A stretch of DNA of 64,000 nucleotides from Rhina ancylostomus (lineage: Eukaryota): NCBI GenBank assembly GCA_030265395.1, contig JARFYF010000084.1:60377100-60441099 (forward strand), read 5' to 3'. The position numbers were made by a program, and so were the translations under genes. Below the pieces are notes generated by a model. It made no database searches. It saw only the letters and a program-made list of their open reading frames with translations, and was not told the DNA's origin. Shown here piece after piece: positions 37,463-51,250 of this stretch (positions are counted from its first letter, which is position 1; each line of letters begins with the position of its first letter).

Positions 37463-39165
37463 AACTTGTTTAAATCTGTATCCAAATGTTAAAGAACCAG
37501 GGTTCATTAAGAGCAATGGAACTCTGCAAAAAAAAATCACTTGGATTTACTAACCATTTCATGCGCAAAACCTTAAATGGATAGCATGTCATAAAATATC
37601 AAAGTTAAAATTAAAGTTTTTAAACAGGTATTCACTCAACTGATAAAATTCATCAATGTGGGTCAAAGCTTGGCTTCCAAAACATTCATTAACAAACATC
37701 TGTTTCCTGGAATTTTCATCCTTAATGAGAAACTTCTGTTCACTGATGCAGATAAGAATACCCTCATATCTTCCTTAATGCTCAGGCAAATGAAGGATGA
37801 AAGTAATTTATTACTCTTATCTGTGCTCAGTGGCTTTGCACGAAACAGAAAATAAACAGACACTACTTAAAAAAAGGTAATACCAATCACCAGAAGTCGA
37901 CACGCCAGCCAAACCTATACAAAATGTTAGCATCCTGCTTAAGGTCTGTTTTTATGGCCTGCCTGAGATCACATTGCCATATGGTGCAGTCTGCCAGACT
38001 GCTATTCAAAATAAACAACAGCATTTTAATCCACAGGAATGAATGCTATTTGCACTGATCAGATTGGCAAAATGTCAGCTGATTAAAAAATTCAAAACAA
38101 GGAGACACTCATTGTGTTCAACTTACTCTAAACAGATCATCAAAACAAGGTCAACATTTAGCAGAGACCTGCAAGTATTCATGTGCTAGGCCAGTACAAT
38201 GTGGCTGGACCATTACAAGTTTTAAAAAAATCCTTAATGCTCTGATATGAACTCTTCTGCAAAAACAATTAGCTGACAGATTTTTCTAGAATTTCAGAAC
38301 AGATGGAATTGTAGAGCCATGGTTTTGGCTTTTGTGGGTCTTTTGAGGCAATTCTGGTTAAGTTAAACACATCACTAAACCCAACTGCATTTTCAGCTTT
38401 TAGTGATGTATATCACTATACATGCAAATATATACATGCAAAAACATAGGAAAACATGCAAATACTGAATCAAAATTATGAAGGTCGGCAGAGGGGGTGA
38501 GTTAGTAAATACAGTGAGAAAAATAAATTAATATTTTGGATATTGTGCTCATTCTGAAAATATAGACAAATAGAGTATTTTAATCAAAATTCAGAAAGCA
38601 GCTCAAACAGAGGCAAATAATATAAACCAGAGTCATTTTAGAGGTTCAGAGACTAAGTGTTTTTTTAAACTTCTTGTAGATCCAACCAAATTGCATCAGC
38701 CTTGCACAGATGAATTTTTTTTTATTTCTATTGAAATACTTTACTTTCTGCTCCAAAGAATGCTATCTAAGGTTAATTTGACCCTCTCTCTGTGGATGCT
38801 GACAAACCTGCTGTAATATAAGGAAGATTCCAAGACACAAACAATTCTCCTTGCAACAAATAGGGTTAAAAGGAACTTTAGGAATTGCCTTAAATCATGG
38901 AGGATATTTTTAGAATGAAGTGGGAAAGCCAATTTGCAAGAAACCATTGCTGGTGTGACAGCAATTTCAAATGATGAAAAAAAATCAAAGAATCAAGGAG
39001 AATTTTATTTAACGCAGAGGTGTTGAGTTGTCAAGTCCGTTTTTGTCATTTGGAGTAGTTGAGACGGGCCACTACATGTTCTCGTGAAGAGCTGATAAAA
39101 GATGTGAAGCAGGGAAAGCTATAGAAAAATGGGGGAGAAAAAGGAAGGCAATATGATTATATTTG

Positions 39166-39367
39166 GAATAGAAAATATTGGATGAACTCAGCAGGTCAGG
39201 CAGCAGCAATAAATGTTTCAGATGTGGGACCCTTCTTCAGTTCTGCTAGTGAATTCTGATGAAGGGTGCCAGGCCTTCCACTGATGCTGCCTGACCTGCT
39301 GAGTTTTTCCAGCATTTTCCATTTTTGAGACTTCCAGCATCTGCAGTTCTTTTTCTGATTTTCATGA
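39166..39367. mobile_element. Fold-back PLE insertion with two opposed hammerhead cores
   Basis: 10-bp TSD ATTATATTTG (39156-39165, 39368-39377). Minus CTGAAGA..GAAAC near 39216-39241; plus CTGATGA at 39256-39262. Confidence 0.75.
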
Positions 39368-39724
39368 ATTATATTTGAACTGCTCAAGCACAGACACAAT
39401 AGGCCAAAAAGTCTCATCTAGATTATATACATTTATCATCCTATTTCAAGCAGGGATTGTTTAAAACACTCTTTGCAAAGCACTGGTGCAGGAACTTGTA
39501 AAATTTGATCAGAAAATAGATAAACAATGGACAGACATGCAAACAGAACCGGAGGAGAGCCTGCAACTGTTAAACCTACTAACAAAGCATTTACTGAAGG
39601 GCCAATGTAAGCAGGCTTCCAGTTTACAACCAGTTAGCTTTGAAATAAAATGCAATTATGTACTTCAGATACTGAGGGAGTAAGTGAGGTATAGATTATA
39701 CAAACAATAAAGAAAAAAATCCAG

Positions 39725-39945
39725 AACATCTGTTTATGGTGGTTAATTTCAGGACAAATGTTAGCACGGCCACCCTGAAAACTCACTGATCTTTAAATAA
39801 CACCATGGGATCTTTTAGGTCCACCTAGGCAGACAGAAAAGGCTATAATGTAATGTCAGATCACAAGTAGCATCCTCAATATGCCATCAATGCTAAACTG
39901 TAGAGACTAGCTGATTAGACACCAGCTGACTGAAAGTGCTACCAA
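39725..39945 (-). mobile_element. Deu-domain SINE, decayed
   Basis: ccatgggatcttttaggtccacctaggcagacag matches the reverse of the SacSINE/AmnSINE ..ggtggacgtaaaagatcccatgg motif. Confidence 0.6.
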
Positions 39946-40659
39946 AAACATTACACACAGCATCTTCAAACAATGAAATCTTTCGACAAAAGATAGATTT
40001 CAAGATTTAGTTAACCATGTGGTTAGGTGTGATTCTTACCTTGCATTTCTGATAGTGTGTTTTTGTGTGTTGAAGGGGGAGTGGGCTTAAATTTGGGTTA
40101 GAGAATTAATACATTGACAGGGAAAAATCAAATCCAAATTTCCAATTTTGACTGCATCTGAAAGCATCTACCATAGGTAATAGGTTAGACAAACTAAATC
40201 ACAAGAATAAAGATGAAAAGGTTCGACCTAACAGCAGTTCCAGAGGCATGCTTTCATGGTGAACGACCAGTGAACGCAATGAACTATTCCCAGATACCTG
40301 ACATTTGGAAAAGACATCCAAAAAGGAAGCATAGGGTGAGATAAACGTAATAACATTGACCATAGAAGTGATCTTGGCCTGGATGAACAGTAGTAGATTG
40401 AGTCAGTACAGCTGGAGATGAGATAAGTGTGAATATCTGTAGGGCTCCAAACAATGGCACTACAGTTGGAAAGAGTATTAATCAAGAAATATAATCTTAT
40501 AGTAAAACAAGAAGTAATTAAATAGAAATGGGGCGAGGCTTTGGTCTACATGAAAAAAAACGAATTGGTAAAAGTAGTCAAGAGGATGGCTTTACAGGAT
40601 GCATTCAAGATAGTTTTCTGGGGCAACATGGAATTCAAAACGAGATGGCCAGCTTCATC

Positions 40660-41160
40660 CAGAGAACAGTACAGCACAGGAACAGGCTCTTCTGCCCACC
40701 ATGTCTGTGCCAACCGTGCCGCCAAATCAAACTTGTCCAATTTGCCTACACATGGTCTGCATCCCTCCACTCCCTGCCTATTCACGTGCTTGTCTAAATA
40801 CCTCTGAAATGTTGCCATCATATGTATTACCACCACCTGCCCTGGTAGCACATCCCAGACCCCTACCAAGGCGAGTGTAAAAAAAACTTGCCTTGCACAT
40901 AACCTTTAAACTTTCTCCCTCTCACTTTAAACTGATGCCCTTGAGTATTTGATATTCCCACCCTGGGAAATGCAATGTCTCCCCTATCTACAACTCTTTA
41001 ATTTTTATAAACTTCCAGCAGGTCACTTCTCCATCCAAAGAAAACGGTCCAAGTTTGTCCAAAGTCTCTTTAGAGCCAAGACACTTTACTCCAGACAACA
41101 TTCTGGTAAACCTCTTCTGCACCTTCTCCAAAGCCTCCACATCCTTCCTGTAATGGGGTG
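40660..41160 (-). mobile_element. CR1 LINE 3' end
   Basis: VGVWDVLPGQVVV..ATFQRYLDKHVNRQG and WSPHYRKDVEALEKVQKRFTRM on the minus strand. Confidence 0.85.
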
Positions 41161-41279
41161 ACCAAGGGAAATGTTGGGTNNNNNNNNNNNNNNNNNNNNN
41201 NNNNNNNNNNNNNNNNNNNNNNNNNNNNNNNNNNNNNNNNNNNNNNNNNNNNNNNNNNNNNNNNNNNNNNNNNNNNNNN

Positions 41280-41452
41280 AGTGGTGGAGGCGGATACGAT
41301 AGGGTCTTTTAAGAGACTTTTGGATAGGTACATGGAGCTTAGAAAAATAGAGGGCTTACAGGTAAGCCTAGTAATTTCTAAGGTAGGGACATGTTTGGCA
41401 CAACTTTGTGGGCCAAAGGGCCTGAATTGTGCTGTAGGTTTTCTATGTTCTA
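41280..41452 (+). mobile_element. CR1 LINE extreme 3' end
   Basis: VVEADTIGSFKRLLDRYMELRKIEG plus a 3' UTR ending ttctatgttctat. Confidence 0.85.
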
Positions 41453-42514
41453 TCAGAAGAAATAGTTGTGGCAAATAGCATGAATTTAAGGGAGTAAAGA
41501 AACACATGAAAAATATGAATAGAAGGTTAGCTTGAAAGCTGAATGAGAGGAGGACCTGGATCATAAACAGCAGTTGGGTTGAATGGACTTTTTGTTCTGC
41601 AATACATTCAATGTACACACTTGTTTGTACTGCTATTTCAGTCAATAGTTCAAGGCTCATAATTTGGTAGCCCAGCCTTCCCAATAGTGGCATTGTATAC
41701 CGCACACTCAGGTGAGGAACTTCTTCATGTTCGATATCCCCAACAGGGCTTTGTATACAGTAAGTGACGTAGTGAGAAATCATGACAGCTCTGTGTGTGG
41801 TTTTCTATTCACTGCTGTTAAATTGATCAAGTTGCCTACAACTTACAACACCTTTTGCTGTAGAAAGATGTTGTAAGTTGAAAGCTCCAACCAAGGTCCT
41901 TGCCATTCAATCCAAAATTGCATTCTATGGGTATTTTGCATGTAGAACTAACTTGAGCCTACTTTTAAGTTCAATGAACTGTATTTTTGATTATGTATAT
42001 GAATAATATTGGCTTGAATTCCAACCAGATACCTATGTTTTCAGTCCCACTATCAAATCATGTTGCTATGAGTTAAATTCAAAGTATTATTTGTATTCCT
42101 CCAGCAGAGGAGATCATTGCATTTCTGCTTGGCAACATTACTGAACAATCTCCAAATCTGGAATGTGTCACACTTTAAGTAATATTCTATAAACAGCTGA
42201 TTTAATCATATGAAAATATCACAGACTAATTCTCCCATGAAACATTCCAAATCATTGTTTGTCTCACAATCATCCCTCAGTACATGCCTTATATTTTCAA
42301 GTATACTTTCTTATTCAACCAGATATAGAACTTCAGATCTGAATTCAACTGGGTACATAATTAATCAGATTTGTGTGCCACATTCAAATATAGCCATACT
42401 TAATGCAGTCCTATATGCATTATTATCACAGGCTTACCATGGGATCAGTCCTTGATATATTTCATCACCTAGTTTGGCTGTTGGGTGGAGCAAAAGTGAA
42501 GCAAAAGTCCCTTA

Positions 42515-42725
42515 GAGTCACAGAGTCATAGGGCTGTACAGTACAGAAATGGGCCAACTGTGACACCTATCTGTGCTAATCCCATTTGCCTGCATTAGGC
42601 CCATATCCTTTCCTATGCAAGTACCAATCCAAATTCCTTTTAGACATTGTAATTGTACCTGCTCTACCACCTCTTCTGGCAGCTCATTCTATATAACCAA
42701 CTGCCTCTGTGCAAAAAGCTTGCCT
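42515..42725 (-). mobile_element. CR1 LINE 3' end, decayed
   Basis: (agagtcat)n tail, followed by the reverse complement of VVEAGTI.MSKRNLD. Confidence 0.7.
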
Positions 42726-45700
42726 TCTTTGTGGAATTTATGATCAGTTATGTAATTCATTTTTTCTAATTTTGTTTATTAAGAAGGAACTTTGTCTTGA
42801 CCCTATTTTTGATAAGTAAAACAATTGCACTAATCTTACATTTTTCCATTTCCAACTATGGCTGCCTTGGAATATCTCTGCCTAAAACTGTTAGTCACTG
42901 CTATATTGTGAACTTTGTTTTCTAGGCTCCTGTTCCTTTGGAATTGCATTCACTGCATCTATTTTTCAGGCTTTGATTTAAGTCCAAGAGATGGGAGAAA
43001 GGGTTTCAATGTTAAATCACCATGGACTGAGTTGTTAACACATCTGTGTGATGCAAATGTGATTTATTCGAATGGCAAAACATAATATCATCACTAGGGT
43101 GTACTGTATGTTGTTTGTCTGTTAAACTCTGCTTTTCAAATTTTCCCATATCCTATCATCAATGTTACAAACTTTCATTTTGTCTAAGTCATTGTACCTC
43201 TTTCAGACCTCCCTTTGAGGGATGTCCTTGCTGTTGATGATCTATTTTAAAAATGTATGAATCTTACACATGGAGACACAAGCAAATGCAGATGCTGGAA
43301 TCTGGAGCAAAAAATAAACTACTGGAAGAAGTCAACAGGTTGAGCAGAATCTGTTGAGACAAAGCAAAGATCGATGTTTCAGCTCAAGCCCCTGCAAATG
43401 ACTCTTGCATATGTTTGAAGCAACCAGCCTGTCATAGCTGTGCTGTACTAACCATCATTTTGATTCTTGTTGCTTTAACTTATACAGTTGATATCTCTGC
43501 AGTTTTGTCAGTGAAATGGAATTGAGTTTGACTTTGACTAACTTGTGTTTAGTAAAGCTGGAGAGTTCTCCAGTGAGATCATTAATGTCTCCTTTTGCAC
43601 TGGTTATATGTGTGAATTTCCTTATTAAGTATTCAGTCAGTATTAATTCTTCACTGACACACTTAAAGCAAAAGTAGTGGTAAGGCAAAGGTTGGTCCCT
43701 CTGAGGCAAATGTTCACTCCAATATCCACTACAGTTGGAATAAATGCAAACTACTGAAGCTCTCACACCTTCATTATTCAATTTCACTCTGCTGAAAAGA
43801 TGTTATTACCATATGAGAGATAGGAAGCCTTTTAAAACAAAATAGTTTACTATTATAATGCTCAAAAATGATTCTCTCCAAATTATGATCTNNNNNNNNN
43901 NNNNNNNNNNNNNNNNNNNNNNNNNNNNNNNNNNNNNNNNNNNNNNNNNNNNNNNNNNNNNNNNNNNNNNNNNNNNNNNNNNNNNNNNNNNNNNNNNNNN
44001 NNNNNNNNNNNNNNNNNNNNNNNNNNNNNNNNNNNNNNNNNNNNNNNNNNNNNNNNNNNNNNNNNNNNNNNNNNNNNNNNNNNNNNNNNNNCAGAAGAAA
44101 ATTCAAAAGATTTGTCCTAGAACAACCACCTACTCATCCCAGTTGAAAGCAGCATCTCATAATTCCCTATATCAGCTATAGGTGGCTTCCAGCACACTTA
44201 AGTTCAATTTTCTAATCTCATATCCTATCATGTGGCAAATTTCAATTTTCAACTACAGTTGACAAAGATGTACCAAGATTGCTGTATTGTCTGGGAGCCA
44301 TGGAAGCCTAATGACAAGTTATTGCCTTAGAAAATGTTAGTGAACCAAATTATGCCAAACTCAATAGATTTCCATCACCATTTTAGAATTTAACTGAGTA
44401 ATTTGGCAGGCATCTGGGCTGTGATGCACTAAGCTCTACTGAAGTTCAGTTCCAATAAACAATGGGGAGGGACTCTGTCCCATGTCACGGTCCAGTTTGT
44501 TGAATTTGTTTGTTCAAGGCTTTACCAGGATATAAAAACTAAACCCTACCATTGAACACAGAACATAAAATAGCACAGTACAAGAACAGGCCCTTTAGCC
44601 CATGATGTCTGCACTGACCATGAGGCCAATTTAAACTGTATATCTGCCTGCATGTGGTCTATATCCTTCCATTCTCTGCTTGTTCATGAGTCTGTCTACC
44701 ATAATAGATGTGACATTTCTTTAAAAACATGTGAATTTACTGTATTGTAGCACATCCAAATAAATATATTGAAAGAACTGGACAGATTTTACCTTCTGTT
44801 AATTCCTTAATACAATTGGAATCAAGACTTTACAGACCAGTTACGTTTAGAAATAATTACCTAACATAGTCCACCAAGCACATTCACTCATGATTAAACT
44901 GAGTGCAATTTGCCACTTCTCTAGTAGAATAGCCATAATCGACTGAGTGGATTACCCCTTTCTTGTCGAATCAGGGAAGAAGTCATGAAGTCATAAACCA
45001 GGAGCTATTTATTGACCAAGAAATCACAACATAAAGTTTAGCTCTTTAGTATGATCAGTGTTTATATACATGGGGTTGATAAGGGTTTTCTAGAATTTTG
45101 GCTAGGAAACAATTAAAAGGCAGACTTACTTTACCATGTGAGGAGCAAAGTTTGTTAAGGCAATTCAATGTTGCCTTATTTTGCCATGTACAGAATTGAG
45201 ATGTGTCTTTGATTAAGATTGTGGAAAGATAACTTTTTTTGAGTCAGGCTCCATTAGCATTATAATCAAAATCTAAAACTAAATATAATCTTAAGGTAAG
45301 TGGTGGAATTATTGGATTCAGACATACATACAACTTGATTTCCATTTTAGAATTATATATTCCAGATCTAATTTTGGTGGCAGAAAACTGGCAGTTGCAT
45401 AACAACTATCAGTTCATTGCTGCCAGTTTCTAACCAAAAATAAACAGACAAGATAAATAAAAATAGAATCTGCAGATGCTGGACATTTGAAACAAAAATG
45501 AAAAATGCTGGAAATTCTCAGTTTTGACAAATGGTCACAGTCCCAAAATTTAGAGTGTTTATCTCTCCACAGATACTACCTGATGTGCTGAGGTCTTCCA
45601 GCATTTTCTATTTTTGCAACAGATAGATAAGCCTGTTTGTTTGCATATAACACTCTCAAAAGACTGGAGTGTGAGGATTTCTTTGGTTTTTCATGAGCCT

Positions 45701-48519
45701 GGACATGCAGAGGAGCCAGGGGGTTAGTGGTGGAAAAGAAGTAATGTCTGTCAATTCTGTTAAAATTTATTTTGCCTGCCCACATTGACAACACTTCCTT
45801 GCAGGTTGCTTTTTGGTTTGACAGAGTTGGAAACCAGGGAAATTCATGGAATATCAAGGATTAGTATGGAGAATGAGTAATTGGTGATTGAACTTTGCTT
45901 CAAAAGATGCGGAAGGAAATACAAGTAGAAATTTTTGAGGACAGAATATCAGCAGAAGGGCTCCTGCCCTCTTTTTATTCCACAACAGCATCCATAGAAT
46001 AATGAATAATTTTTATGGTGGAAAACGTATACTACTTCCTTCTGTAGGAAGATGAGCTCAGAATCAAGTGGGCTTATTGTTCATTTACACAGTAAGCATG
46101 TAGAAATTGGAGACACATATTTAAAAGACCTTGGAGGTTTTATAGTTGAGACTAAAATTCAATCTGAAAAGACAAAGGACTAGACTGAACTTCTTCCATG
46201 ATCTAATGTCATGAACGTGCCAAACATTGAACAATAAGATTCTGGAGTAAAAATAAGAGCTGTTAGCACATTCACAGCAATGCTTGGTGCTGCAGAACCT
46301 CACTGATCCACTGGCAATTGAAAACTCTGATGTTTTTTTTGACAACTTTCTTTGTTCTTGACTTTATTTGCTTGCACCATCTGTGTAAACCATGGTTGCA
46401 GGGTAATCCGTTTGAAGATATACTGCACTTCCTTGGCGACCGTGATGGGCTCTTTGGGGACAGACACCATTTTTAATAGAACATTTATATTCTTTTGATG
46501 AGGAATTAAACTTGCAGTATAGCAAGTGATTACCATGTCACAAAGCTCAGTTTAAGAGCAGCAGAAAATAAAGGCCAGCATTTTAGCAATGATTTGATGT
46601 GCCAATCCACCTGGCAATGACTCTGGGAGTTCCAAACCTCCGCAAATCCTGTTGCCAAACCGAGTCTCAAGGGTTCTGGCACAATGCTCATTTAGCACAA
46701 AATGCACTCAGCACTGTAACTGTAATAAGATTGGGTCCTTAAAGACTGCTTACTTAGCAGCCATTACAGAAATCCCATCATCTGCATCATTGCACTTTAT
46801 TCAAAGAACATTGCTACCTCACTGGGAGACCTTAGGTACTAGGCTTGATTCCTGAAACAGGCTCCAAAAATTCCTCAAAACTCTCCTCTGTTGCCTGCTA
46901 GGTAACTTTGATTCTATGTTTGGAATGAATTGCTTGCTATTATTTTTGAGGAATTCATTCTTCATTTCATAAATTCCACATAAAAGTGATTGGGACATTA
47001 TGGCACCATTGCACTTCTGCAAAAGCTTCCATTTACCATCAGATCATTTATATCTTTTTAAACTCCACAAAAAAAGTAGAAAGCAGAGGTAATCATGCAT
47101 AAAGGAAGTTGAAAATGATTAAAACATTTGCATTCTGCTTTATACTACAAGTAAAAATATTCAAATATATATTTGTGCCCAATTGGGGTTAAAATATTTT
47201 TGCTAGAGTATGATTAAACTTATGGATCACCTCCATTTTGTTATGATTTTCAGTGCTTTTGCTGTAATTTCACATCCCTAAACATATTTTTCTTATTTTT
47301 GTGAGCACTTGGCTCAAGTGTTCCCTCTGGGAGTTGAGAGATAGGCCCTTGGCTGAGCTTGGGCTGGCTTGACTTTGGAAATCACTGGCTCAACTACATC
47401 TCGAAGTAATGAATGGACAGAAGGCAAAAGTAATATGGGGAAGNNNNNNNNNNNNNNNNNNNNNNNNNNNNNNNNNNNNNNNNNNNNNNNNNNNNNNNNN
47501 NNNNNNNNNNNNNNNNNNNNNNNNNNNNNNNNNNNNNNNNNNNGGAAACATAGTTAAAACAAACATTGCTGCAGCGTTGTTTACAAGATGGATAAATGCC
47601 GTAGTTTAATTTAGAAAGCTGACTGGCGGGTATCACAGCCTGAGCACTGAGAGCATTCCAAAACACCAGCACTGTAGGTTGTTGCCCAATGACATTGGCT
47701 GATGGAGCATAGATCTGATGGATTCAATAAGGTTACTTAATGGTTGGAAATGCTACGTAGTGTAGTTTAACTGATAAAGGGTAAGAGAGCTATTTAGTTA
47801 AAAACACTATTTGATAATTATGGAATGTTTTCCTGTGTAAATAGGATAAGGGAGTGGAGGAAGCACAGCATGCCAAAAATATGTAGTACTTTAAATAAAT
47901 AATTCAGTTGTATGTTAGCTCCCATCCACGTTTTCATTCTTTTTTTAATATATTTTTATCTTTAATAATTTTTGCTAAACATTAGAAACAAAAGATTCAA
48001 AATGATTCAAATTTTATTACTTAATAAAAAGAATAAGAGTTTTTCAATTGTACTCATTGTACTGTATAGAAAGATATTAGAAAGTTTATTTTGTTAATGT
48101 TACATACACCCTGTAGAATTGGTACACCATTATAAGGCCCCCCCCCCCCCACAATATTAGAGTCCACCGAAGGAAATGGAACCCATGTCTTCTAGAGTAG
48201 CTAATACTGTTTATCAACCCCACAGGCTGCTAGGATTTTACACTGTGGAGTTTCCTCTTTCAACCTCTCCATTTCATTCCTTTTTAAGACACTGTTAGAA
48301 CTTTCCTCCAATCCCTTGTGCAGCTCTGTGATGTTTTATTTGATAATGTGCCCTTGTGAAGCACACTGGGACATTTATTNNNNNNNNNNNNNNNNNNNNN
48401 NNNNNNNNNNNNNNNNNNNNNNNNNNNNNNNNNNNNNNNNNNNNNNNNNNNNNNNNNNNNNNNNNNNNNNNNNNNNNNNTTATTATGTCAACCACACAAT
48501 ATAAAAGCAAACTTGCATC

Positions 48520-48745
48520 ACAGAGTCATAGAGTTGTACAGCATGGAAACAGGCCTATCAACCTGACTCGTCCATGCCAAACCTTTCTCGAGCTATCACA
48601 TCCTTTCTAAAGTGTGATGACCAGAACTGCACACAATATTCCAGGTGTGCCCTAACCAATGTCTGTACAGCTGCAACATGTCCCAGCTGATCTATGTCCC
48701 TCTGTATCCTGAGGCAACCATCCTCATTGTTAGTAATTCCATCAG
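48520..48745 (-). mobile_element. CR1 LINE fragments
   Basis: TLVRAHLEYCVQFWSSHFRKDVIARER. Confidence 0.75.
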
Positions 48746-48947
48746 TCTTTGTGTCATTCTTGTAAATGAGACTGTGAACAACAATGACTGCAGCCTGGTC
48801 CATTGGTACTCCCATTCATCAAAAACATTTTGTCATAAAGAACAAAGAATGCATGGACAGAATGTAATTTGTAGTGATAGTTACCTATTTCGAATGCAAG
48901 CCTTTCTTACTACTTTTCTTCAGGAGTTAGGAGGGGTAACTTGAAGG

Positions 48948-49040
48948 ATCAACAATCTGCTGGAGGAACTCAGCAGGTCAAGCAGCATCTAGGGGGTAAA
49001 GAAATTGTCGGCGTTTCGGGTCGAAACCCTGAATCAGGAC
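48948..49040 (-). mobile_element. PLE terminal repeat arm with hammerhead-like motif
   Basis: Minus strand reads ggtc-ctgattc-aGGGTttcgACCC-GAAAC-gcc-gac: perfect stem II, mutated core. Confidence 0.65.
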
Positions 49041-50939
49041 CGGATGTCACAGCAGCAACTGGAGGTGAAAAAGGTCGAGAGAGGGTAGAAGTCTCAGAGA
49101 GGGTGTCCAAGAGGAAGGGGAGTGTTGGATAACTTCAAGGATGCCACCTTGCTTGTGGGGCTATCCTTTGCATTAAACGGACAGCTATTGACTCAGATGT
49201 TACAGATTTCATGGAACTTAAAGAACAAATTATTACTTTCTCCAACAGTCTTCCCTCAAGCTTATCCATCTTACCTTTGTAGTTCATGGGGCATTGCTGT
49301 CAGCAAAATAGCCTCTGCTATCATTTGATGGTATCAAAAGACACCATCAATTTTGGTGTCATTTGCAAACTTACTAACGATGCCACTGAATAGGCCTTAT
49401 ACAAGGTAAGGGCTTTCCAATGGTAGAGTGTGCAAAGGAAATTATCTAAGGCTGAGTTGGGTTGCAAAGTGGGGCGATAGACCTGGTGGTGGGTGGCGAT
49501 GTTGGTGGCAAGGGTCAGAATAGGGCTAACACACTACGTGTGATAGATATGGGATCAAATGAATAGGTAGAGGGGGCAGGACCAGGGACAGATTTAATCA
49601 GCAGAGTCAGAATTGGTAGAGAGTTGGCAGAAGAATCAGGGCGAGCATGAGTTGCTGACGATTGTTTTGGTGAGTAAGCTGGTAGCTGAGGGAGTTTGAA
49701 CTAAGGAACCAATGTAGATTTGGGGTGAGCAGACTGGTGCTTAAGGGTTGAAAGAGGAGCTGACCATGAATAGCAGGATGGAAGCAATTGCATGGGACTT
49801 GAGGGGGGCCTGGATGTGTGTATTACTTCAGGGAAAATTCTTAATGGGAAGTTACCTGAGCAGGATACAAATCATTAGATTTCACATGCTACGAACTGCT
49901 TGGGCAATTCCCTTTAAGCTCTGCAAATGCATAGTTCTGCAGGAGTGCCCTTCAGATGGCACAGGGCACACATGCATGGACAGGAATCCATAGAAATGGT
50001 GTTCATATGAGGACCCAGTAAGACAGTCCAGACTTGGTGCAATTCAAGGAGGACCTTGATTTTTCCATTGTTTTGCTTGTCTTTGAAATTGAATCATGTA
50101 GCATGTAGCATTCCAATTTCTGGGCAGCAGTTTTTTGTCTTCCAAGTATTAGACAGTATTCCAGTAGCTCCTAAAAATATCAGCTGGAGCAGCTCTAATT
50201 CTTTCCTCGAGAGTTCTAAGTTTTACAATAAACAGGCTAATGAATGTGTTAAAATAGCACACAAAGGAATTCTAGACACATATGGCAAAGTGTTTCAACT
50301 ATTTTTGTAACCTGAAATGTAAACAATAATGACTCTGGTAGGCAGGATGGGGTATGATTTACAAGTCTACCCAGCAGGGATTTTGAATTCTCTTCAATAA
50401 AAATGAAACTCCACCTTACTTGGCCAACCAGCAACTACATCAGCATTTTAATAAAGATTATCCTCCAAGAAACAACAGAATATTGCAAACCTGTTCCATT
50501 TGGCAGGCCACAGAGGAAACCTTTATTCAGTGCATTCATTCAATTTAGTCCATAGAATGCAGCCGTTTGATTTGGTATATTCTAGACCAATCCATCCTGA
50601 CTAATTGTGAACTACAGGTCTTCTGAATGTTATAACTTGACTAGCACCATAAGATTTAAATATTATTTAAACCAAATCTTCATGCGCATGCTGAAGCATA
50701 AGAATGGCACCAAATGTACAGAATACGTTTAACCCTATCCTTCCCTGTGAAAACTGATTAGGTTACTTGCCTGCCCTGAAGTTGCTGGAAGACAAGCAAT
50801 TAAAGATTTTCTCTTAAGTTTTAGAATAAATTGATACATTTTAGTAGGGGAAATGAGAGATATTATTAATTAAATGAAAAAATTAACATGGGTGGAAGAT
50901 AGAGAGCTTGTCTTCCTATCTGGAAGATAGAGATATCTT

Positions 50940-51250
50940 ATCATTGAAGGCAATTCACAGAAGGCTAACCGGGATGATTTTGGAAAATAGGGGATTGCCT
51001 TATGAGGAAAGGTTGAAGAAGTTAGATCTGCACATATTGGAGTTTTTAAGAATGAGAGGCAATACAATTCTTAAGGGGCTTGACTGGGTAATTGCTGGGG
51101 AATCTTTCCCCTCATGGGGAGTCTAGGATCAGAGGCTATCGTCTAAAAATAAGGGGACAGCCGTCTAAGACTGAAATGAGGAAGAATATCCTCTATCAAA
51201 ATGTTGTGAGTTTTTGAAATTCCTTGTCCCAGAAAGCCAGGGAAGTTCAT
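50940..51250 (+). mobile_element. CR1 LINE fragment
   Basis: AIHRRLTGMILENRGLPYEERLKKLDLHILEFLRMRG. Confidence 0.8.
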
